A stretch of DNA of 64,000 nucleotides from NCBI GenBank assembly GCA_905211265.1, contig CAJMAC010000007.1:905-64904 (forward strand). The letters run 5' to 3'. The stretch is from an uncultured Eubacteriales bacterium (GTDB lineage: Bacteria; Bacillota_I; Bacilli_A; RF39; UBA660). Below the pieces are notes generated by a model. The model did not search any database. It saw only the letters and a program-made list of their open reading frames with translations, and was not told the DNA's origin. Shown here piece by piece: positions 37,222 to 43,662 of the stretch. The position numbers and the translations under genes were made by a program. Numbering within the stretch: the stretch's first letter is position 1; each line of letters starts with the position of its first letter.

Positions 37222-37417
37222 CCCCCTGAAGGAGCCGGAAGGCTCCACTTTTTGTTTAAATTTAGAATACATATACTAAGCTTGTATTCTTTTTATTCAC
37301 TCTAAGCCTAAGGTCTTAGAGTGTTAGATTAAGCCTTTATGAAAGTCTTAATCTAATTGCATATGTTAACATTTATGTAGAAGATAACTAAATAAATAAT
37401 ATCATTTCAAAAAATAA
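37222..37417 (+). repeat. Structured repeat unit B (direct repeat of unit A)
   Basis: Same order of elements as unit A, with only scattered substitutions, from CCCCCTGAAGGAGCC to TTTCAAAAAATAA. Confidence 0.85.
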
Positions 37418-37523
37418 TCAAAATATTTTGATTATGATATAATTAGTTATGTAAGAAATATTGAATTAGAGAATATTCTCTTTGTAAAAAAAGGTATAAA
37501 AATAAGAAAGTGAGGAAAGACAG

Positions 37524-37970
37524 ATGAAAGAATTTAAACAATTAGGAGCTTATGGGTTAGTTATTCAAGATGGTAAAATTTTACTTATTAAAAAATTTGG
37601 AGGTCCTTATGATGGAAAATTAGATTTACCAGGTGGAACAATAGAGTTCTGCGAAAGACCGGAAGAGGCTTTAAAAAGAGAATTGATGGAAGAAGTTGGT
37701 ATAGAAGTAGTTGATTATCAATTATTTGATGCTGATTCTGTTGCCTTTGAATGGCAATTTAAAGAAGATATTTTAGTGAAGGTACATCATACTGGTATTT
37801 TCTTTAAAGTTTCAAACTATAATAATGAAATTAAGAAAGAAGTAAAAGTAGATGAAGTAAATGATGATTCACTTGGCGCAAAATTTTTTGATATTGATAA
37901 ATTGTCTAAAAAAGAATTATCTACTATAGCCATAATGGAATTAGAAAAATTAGGGTATAAACTTAATTAA
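37524..37970 (+). CDS. NUDIX hydrolase (cassette gene)
   Basis: Nudix box GGTIEFCERPEEALKRELMEEVGI. Confidence 0.8.
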   Translation: MKEFKQLGAYGLVIQDGKILLIKKFGGPYDGKLDLPGGTIEFCERPEEALKRELMEEVGIEVVDYQLFDADSVAFEWQFKEDILVKVHHTGIFFKVSNYNNEIKKEVKVDEVNDDSLGAKFFDIDKLSKKELSTIAIMELEKLGYKLN

Positions 37971-38053
37971 AAAAATTTAATAAATTACATATTGTGCGTT
38001 TTCCTAAAAAGATAAAGAAAAAAGTAAAATAAATATTTATATTTTAACTTAAT

Positions 38054-38087
38054 TAGAATACATATTACTAAACTTGTATTCTTTTTA
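38054..38087 (+). repeat. Repeat unit D (terminator hairpin only)
   Basis: TAGAATACAtattactaaacTTGTATTCT followed by TTTTA. Confidence 0.7.
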
Positions 38088-38185
38088 TTATATTTGTTTA
38101 AATAATAATAAAATTTCGCACTCTACAAAAAATAGAGTAAAAATGTCAAAGTTTTATGTTAGAATATACTTGTGGGTGAGGAAAT

Positions 38186-38917
38186 ATGACTAATTTAGGA
38201 GAAAAAATTAAAAATATAAGAATTGCAAATAATCTCAAACAAAGTGAACTAGCTAAAATGCTCTTTGTTTCCGAAAAAACAATTTCAAGTTGGGAAAATA
38301 ATAGAACAGTCCCAGATTTAAATATGATTTATAAAATATCAGACTATTTCAAAAAAAGTTTTTATTGTCTAATAAATGATGAACTTGATACAGAAAACAC
38401 AAATGAAATTGAAATAAAGTTAAAAGTTAATGAAGAAGAATATTCTAGAATACTAAATATAATAAAAAATAATTCAGTAAATAAAAGAAATGTTAATCAA
38501 ATTGATACTTATTACACTTTAACAAATAAAAAACTTAACCAAGAATGGCTAAGAATAAGAAATGAAAATGGTAAATATATATTTAATTATAAAAAGAAAA
38601 TAGATAATTCACATTATGAAAAATATGATGTATTAATAGATAATTTTAATAATCTAAATATAATATTAAATACCTTAGGAAGTAAACAAATAGGAACAAT
38701 AAATAAGAATAGAACAATTTATATATATAAAGATAAATACGAATTTTCTTTTGATATAGTTAAAGATATAGGAATTTTTATTGAAATAGAATTAATTAAT
38801 AAAAGTAATGACTTTGAAAAAGATTTCTTTGATTTATTAAATTTATTAGAAGACTTAAAAATAGATTTAAATATAGTGGATAGAAAAAAATATATTGATT
38901 ATTTAGAGGAAAAATAA
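38186..38917 (+). CDS. XRE HTH fused to CYTH (class IV adenylyl cyclase / triphosphate tunnel) domain
   Basis: N-terminal LKQSELAKMLFVSEKTISSWENNR. CYTH motifs EIEIKLKV (ExExK), WLRIRNENGKYIFNYKKK, NKNRTIYIYKDKYEFSFDIVKDIGIFIEIEL. Confidence 0.75.
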   Translation: MTNLGEKIKNIRIANNLKQSELAKMLFVSEKTISSWENNRTVPDLNMIYKISDYFKKSFYCLINDELDTENTNEIEIKLKVNEEEYSRILNIIKNNSVNKRNVNQIDTYYTLTNKKLNQEWLRIRNENGKYIFNYKKKIDNSHYEKYDVLIDNFNNLNIILNTLGSKQIGTINKNRTIYIYKDKYEFSFDIVKDIGIFIEIELINKSNDFEKDFFDLLNLLEDLKIDLNIVDRKKYIDYLEEK

Positions 38918-38919
38918 TT

Positions 38920-39546
38920 ATGAAAAAAACAGAATTAATTAAATTAAAAAAATTATTACAACAAGAAATTATTAAAAGAAATAAAATAAATACTCTACTA
39001 TCTAATGAATTAATCCAAGAATTTAAATCATTAACAAATTTAAATATCAATGAATTACAATTAAATGACAATTGGACTATACTAGAAGAAATTCTAAATA
39101 ATTTTCAAATAACCGAGTCTAATGGAATTCTTGTATGTACTGGAAGTTACTTAGTTTGTTGTAATATCTATTATCAAGAAACAGAATATTACACAAAAGA
39201 ATCGTCATTTAATAATCCCAATATAGAGTATCAAATATTTGAAGACATAGAAACGAGAAAAATGTATGTTGCTTATACAGAAAAATATATCAAAGATAAA
39301 ATAGAAGAACAAAAAAAGTATTACAATATAGAAGATATAACTCCAAGTGAATTTTGTTATAAGAAATATGGAAGATACCTAGTTAGTGACTTAATAAAAA
39401 AATATATAGTACTAAATCCTTATAATTCTTCTGAAAATAGAAATGGATTTAATGATGTTCAAAAGGATTTCTTTATAACTGCAATAGAAAAAGGTCAACC
39501 TAAAGCAAAACAATTAGTATTAAATAAATATCCAAAATTAAAATAA
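38920..39546 (+). CDS. Hypothetical protein (208 aa), second gene of the CYTH operon
   Basis: 2-nt gap to the upstream gene. No motif. Confidence 0.5.
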   Translation: MKKTELIKLKKLLQQEIIKRNKINTLLSNELIQEFKSLTNLNINELQLNDNWTILEEILNNFQITESNGILVCTGSYLVCCNIYYQETEYYTKESSFNNPNIEYQIFEDIETRKMYVAYTEKYIKDKIEEQKKYYNIEDITPSEFCYKKYGRYLVSDLIKKYIVLNPYNSSENRNGFNDVQKDFFITAIEKGQPKAKQLVLNKYPKLK

Positions 39547-39569
39547 TTAAATAAAGGAGAGTGAGTAAA

Positions 39570-40010
39570 ATGGATATAATACCTAACGGAACAGAAGTAT
39601 TAATATTTGAGTATATTAGAGAATGGGGACCAAGGCAAGATGATGAAAATTATATTAGTAAAGGTATAATTAAATCAAGTAAACAATCTGAAGACTTATC
39701 TTATCATGGAAGTCCATGGTATGAACAAATATATGAAGTATTAGGAGAAGACGGAAAAGAATATACTGGTACTTATGGTATAGGATCAGTATTTAATGGA
39801 AATATGTTTTTTAGAACAAAAGAACATCAAATTTATGTCTTAAATCTTAAAATTAGTGACAATGAAGAAAAAATATTAAAACTAAAAGAAAAAAATGATG
39901 AATATTTAAAGAAAATTGCAATATTAAAAAATGAATTAAAACAACAAAGTCAAAATGAACCAGTAAAAACAAAGAAATTAACTTTATCAAAAAATGAAAA
40001 TAATAAATAA
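39570..40010 (+). CDS. Hypothetical protein (146 aa), third gene of the CYTH operon
   Basis: Track start is GTG 39561. AGGAG lies 10 nt before the ATG at 39570. C-terminal coiled coil. Confidence 0.5.
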   Translation: MDIIPNGTEVLIFEYIREWGPRQDDENYISKGIIKSSKQSEDLSYHGSPWYEQIYEVLGEDGKEYTGTYGIGSVFNGNMFFRTKEHQIYVLNLKISDNEEKILKLKEKNDEYLKKIAILKNELKQQSQNEPVKTKKLTLSKNENNK

Positions 40011-40155
40011 TATAACTAGAATACATAAATTAAAGTAATTTTTTTCTTATGTTCACTCTAAGCCTAAAGTCTTAGAGTGTTAGATTAAGCCTTTATGAAA
40101 GTCTTAATCTAATTGCCTATGTTAATATTATATGAAAGATAACTAAATAATAATT
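40011..40155 (+). repeat. Repeat unit C
   Basis: Starts directly after the stop codon with TATAACTAGAATACA. The second terminator arm is eroded. Then CACTCTAAG...CTTAGAGTG, TTAGATTAAG...CTTAATCTAA and ...GAAAGATAACTAAATAATAA. Confidence 0.8.
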
Positions 40156-40233
40156 TTAAAGTGCAAATATGTAACTTTTAAAGTGCAAAAATTGCACTTT
40201 AAAATTGATAAAATAAATAAAATATGCTATAAT
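40154..40233 (+). promoter_or_regulatory. Fic promoter with palindromic operator
   Basis: Half-site TTTTAAAGTGCAAAT (40154-40168). Palindrome TTTTAAAGTGCAAaaaTTGCACTTTAAAA (40176-40204). TTGATA (40205-40210), 17-nt spacer, TATAAT (40228-40233). Confidence 0.55.
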
Positions 40234-40258
40234 ATTTATAGTTAGGAGAATTATTTTT

Positions 40259-41311
40259 ATGAAAGAAAAATGGAATTTAGAATTATCTAAATATATAAAG
40301 CAAGGTGAACCTACGCAAGTAGAAAAAACAAGAAACTGGGAAACAGCCATAGGACTTCAAGAAGTAGATGGTTTGAAGCCATCAAAATATTTAGTTGAAA
40401 CAGCAAAAGAACATATTGAAGGAAAAATTGAACTAGAAGAAGTTAAAGAAAGAATTAATAATTACTATAAAGTTTTAAATGATAGAAAGTCAGAAGAAAA
40501 AGAAGATAGTGAAGAAGCAGACAAAGTATCAGTAAGAATAACAGAAGTATTAAGTGATAAATCATTTAGTTTTAATCCAACTGAATTAATAAGTATTCAT
40601 AAAAAATTATTTACTGGAGTATATAAACATGCTGGTATTATAAGAAATTATAATTTTACAAAAAATGAATGGATTTTAAATGAAGATACAGTTACATATG
40701 CTTCTTATGAAACTATTATGTCAACATTAGATTATGATTTTGAACAAGAAAAAAACTTTTCTTACAAAGATTTATCACTTGACGAATCAATAAAACATTT
40801 ATGTAGATTTACTTCGAATATATGGCAAGTACATCCTTTTTGTGAAGGCAATACTAGAACAACAGCAGTTTTTATTATCAAATACTTAAAAACATTTGGT
40901 TTTAATATTAATAATACTGTATTTGCAAATAACTCATGGTATTTTAGAAATGCATTAGTTAGAGCAAATTATAAAAACTTTGAAAAGAATATTTTTGAAG
41001 ACATAAGTTATTTAGAAAAATTCTTTTATAACCTTTTGTCAAATACAAATTATGATTTAAAAAATAGATATACCCACATTGACTATATCCAAGATACATC
41101 AAACAAAGATTTAAAAAATAAAGACTATACATTAGAAGAACAAGCTATATTAAATTTAATTAAAGAAAATTCTTTTATTAAACAAGAAGAAATAGCACAA
41201 ATTATTGGTAAATCAATAAGAACTGTAAAAACTAAAATGACTGAAATGCAAGAAAAAGGAATAATAACAAGAAAAAACGGAAAGAAAACAGGAGAATGGC
41301 AGATTTTATAA
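40259..41311 (+). CDS. Fic/DOC family protein with C-terminal winged-helix domain
   Basis: Fic motif HPFCEGNTRTTAVF. C-terminal LIKENSFIKQEEIAQIIGKSIRTVKTKMTEMQEKGII is an HTH. Confidence 0.85.
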   Translation: MKEKWNLELSKYIKQGEPTQVEKTRNWETAIGLQEVDGLKPSKYLVETAKEHIEGKIELEEVKERINNYYKVLNDRKSEEKEDSEEADKVSVRITEVLSDKSFSFNPTELISIHKKLFTGVYKHAGIIRNYNFTKNEWILNEDTVTYASYETIMSTLDYDFEQEKNFSYKDLSLDESIKHLCRFTSNIWQVHPFCEGNTRTTAVFIIKYLKTFGFNINNTVFANNSWYFRNALVRANYKNFEKNIFEDISYLEKFFYNLLSNTNYDLKNRYTHIDYIQDTSNKDLKNKDYTLEEQAILNLIKENSFIKQEEIAQIIGKSIRTVKTKMTEMQEKGIITRKNGKKTGEWQIL

Positions 41312-41383
41312 TATAACTAGAATACATGTACTAAGCTTGTATTCTTTTTATTATGTAATAGTTTTAATCTAATTGCCTGTGTT
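41312..41383 (+). repeat. Repeat unit E (terminator hairpin plus truncated distal part)
   Basis: TATAACTAGAATACAtgtactaagcTTGTATTCT followed by TTTTA, then ...TTTTAATCTAATTGCCTGTGTT. Same post-stop junction as unit C. Confidence 0.75.
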
Positions 41384-41512
41384 TTAATTTATATAATTGA
41401 AATTTTAAACTAGTAAATTTTGAAAGTTTATAAAACATTGTAAAAACTTTAAAAAATAGTTTGCTATTTAAAAACAAAATGTTATAATGTTTTTGTAAAA
41501 GGAGATTATAAA

Positions 41513-41593
41513 ATGTATAATGATTTAGGAAAAAAGTTAAAAATATTAAGAAAAAGAAGAAGTATAAAACAAGATGATTTGATGTTAGTATAG
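41513..41593 (+). pseudogene. Remnant of an XRE HTH gene (26 codons)
   Basis: GGAG RBS, then MYNDLGKKLKILRKRRSIKQDDLMLV followed by a stop. It ends inside the HTH. Confidence 0.5.
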
Positions 41594-41764
41594 ATATATA
41601 GATATTTTTAATTAAAATATTTACAAGTGTATATAAAAAATGTTAGAATAAATTATAGGAAGGAAGTGTATTATGAAAACAAAATTACAAGAACAAATTG
41701 TTCTTAAACCAATTAAAGATTTAATTAGAAATAATATAGAAATAAATTTATGGGGGATATAATT

Positions 41765-42400
41765 ATGAATTTATATGAAAGAAATCAAAAACAAAGAACA
41801 TTTTTTAATGAAAAGATAGATACTTATGATGATGTACATGCTACATACATGGATACTAAAAAAACATTAGGAGATAGTCTAGATAAAGATACTAAAAAAA
41901 TACTAGACTTAGGAGCAGGAACAGGACTAGAATTAATTCATGTATTTGAATTATTTCCAAGTGCTGAAGTCACAGTCATAGATATTACCGAAAATATGCT
42001 TGAAGAATTAAAGAAAAGAAACTTTGCAGATCATGTAACAACTATATGTGGAGATTTCTTTGAAGTTGAATTTGGAGATAATTATGATGCAGTTATATCT
42101 ACATCAGCTCTTCATCATTTCAAAACTGAAGAAAAGATTAAACTATATAAAAAGATTTATGATTGTTTAAAAGAAAATGGTCAATTCATTAATTGTGATA
42201 AAATCGCCTTAACACAGGAAATAGAAGATGAACAGTTATATGAATTAGAGTATAATATAGAAAATCATAAACATATAGATACACCACTTACAGTTGAACA
42301 TGAAATAGAAATATTAAAAAGGGGTGGTTTTGAAGATATAACTTCAAGCAATGTTGATAAAGATGATTATAGTCTTATTAAGGCTAGAAAAATCAAATAA
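41765..42400 (+). CDS. Class I SAM-dependent methyltransferase
   Basis: Track start is 41750. Motif I ILDLGAGTGLE, plus DAVISTSALHH. Confidence 0.8.
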   Translation: MNLYERNQKQRTFFNEKIDTYDDVHATYMDTKKTLGDSLDKDTKKILDLGAGTGLELIHVFELFPSAEVTVIDITENMLEELKKRNFADHVTTICGDFFEVEFGDNYDAVISTSALHHFKTEEKIKLYKKIYDCLKENGQFINCDKIALTQEIEDEQLYELEYNIENHKHIDTPLTVEHEIEILKRGGFEDITSSNVDKDDYSLIKARKIK

Positions 42401-42469
42401 TTTTAGATAAGTTATTAGATAAGTTGTTGGATAAAAACTTGCAATATTTCAATAAAAAAATATTAAATT

Positions 42470-42570
42470 AAAATAAAAAATACCAATTTAAAAGGAAAAA
42501 ATTACTTAGTTGTTTTAAAATTTTACCTTGTGGCTCTAGCAAGAAATATAAGAAGTGTTGCGGAAAATAA
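42470..42570 (+). pseudogene. Orphan 3' tail of a SEC-C-motif gene
   Basis: ...LPCGSSKKYKKCCGK followed by a stop (42568-42570). An in-frame stop ~30 codons upstream leaves no gene body. Confidence 0.45.
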
Positions 42571-42641
42571 GTAAAAATATTAAAAAAATGCTAACAAGAA
42601 ATAATTTGTTGGCATTTTTAAATTTAAAAATAAAGTTTTTA

Positions 42642-42995
42642 ATGGAAGGAAATAACAATAATATTGTAATTTATCAAGCTGATGATGGAATGACAAAAAT
42701 AGATGTAAAAATTGAAGATGAAACATTATGGTTATCACAACAACATATGGCTGATTTATATGATACTACTAAATAAAATATAAGTTTGCATATTAAAAAT
42801 ATCTTTGATTAAGAAGAATTAGCAGTAAATTCAACATGTCAAAATTTCCGACAAGTTCAAAAATAAGAAAATAGAATGGTTAATAGAGAAATTCCATATT
42901 ACAACTTAGATATGATTATATCTTTAGGATATAGAATAAAATTAAAAGTTGCTACTAATTTTAGAAGATGTGGATATATCCTACAAGTATCGTAA
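42642..42995 (+). pseudogene. RhuM-family gene remnant with three in-frame TAA codons, 3'-truncated
   Basis: IVIYQADDGMTKIDVKIEDETLWLSQQHMADLYDTTK*NISLHIKNIFD*EEL...VQK*ENRMVNREIPYYNLDMIISLGYRIK. Stops at 42774, 42810 and 42864. The frame is otherwise preserved. Confidence 0.65.
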
Positions 42996-43150
42996 TCTAT
43001 TTATAAAATTTAAAATATTACACTTTTTAGTATTATAACAACATCTATACTTTTAGTACAAGAATGATTGACAGAATTAATGATAAATGTTATATTATCA
43101 TTAGATTTGTCAAAAGCAATGTTTGAACTACAAATATGGAGGAATAATAA

Positions 43151-43513
43151 ATGAAAAAAGGTAGTGTATTATTTTTATCTATTACTTTAATATGCATAGC
43201 AGTAATTGTAGTATTAATAAGATGGTTAATAGAAACTTACTATATATACATAGTATTAATTATAGCTTTTTCTATTATGATAATTAAATATTCCATTGAA
43301 AAAGAAAAAGAAGAAAATAAAGAAGAAATAAGTAAAACGTATATACCAAAAGATATCAATACTAAAAAGAACAAGAAAAAAGAGGAAAATATAGATAATT
43401 ATGATTTAGAAGATTGGCAAAAAGAATTAGTTAATGATGGAAGTTATGAACCATATAACTTTGAAGAAGAAGAACTAGAAGATGATGATTATTATTCAGA
43501 AGATGATGATTAA
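43151..43513 (+). CDS. Small 2-TM protein with strongly acidic C-terminal tail
   Basis: GGAGG RBS. Two hydrophobic helices, then a KEKEEENKEE...EEEELEDDDYYSEDDD tail. Confidence 0.55.
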   Translation: MKKGSVLFLSITLICIAVIVVLIRWLIETYYIYIVLIIAFSIMIIKYSIEKEKEENKEEISKTYIPKDINTKKNKKKEENIDNYDLEDWQKELVNDGSYEPYNFEEEELEDDDYYSEDDD

Positions 43514-43520
43514 GTAATAA

Positions 43521-43565
43521 AAGAGTAAAATAAATATAACTTTATTATATGTTTTACTCTTTTTA
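43521..43565 (+). terminator. Rho-independent terminator
   Basis: AAGAGTAAAA (43521-43530) ... TTTTACTCTT (43552-43561) followed by a T run. Confidence 0.6.
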
Positions 43566-43662
43566 TAATTAGTCATTTCTTAAAAAATAAGTAAAAAGTT
43601 ATGATATAATAGTTTTATGTAATATAAATATATTTACTTAATAATTAATGGAGGTAGTTATT

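Noticed and set aside
41673-41762. 29-codon ORF MKTKLQEQIVLKPIKDLIRNNIEINLWGI upstream of, and overlapping, the methyltransferase gene.
   Set aside because: It has an AGGAAGGAAG RBS-like stretch, but no recognisable motif, and conservation cannot be assessed. It may be a remnant or a leader, and the evidence is too weak to call a gene.
42774-42866. Stop-codon reassignment or programmed read-through of TAA in the RhuM-like ORF.
   Set aside because: TAA terminates most well-supported genes in this window. The ORF is also 3'-truncated and sits among other gene fragments. Ordinary pseudogenisation is the simpler explanation.
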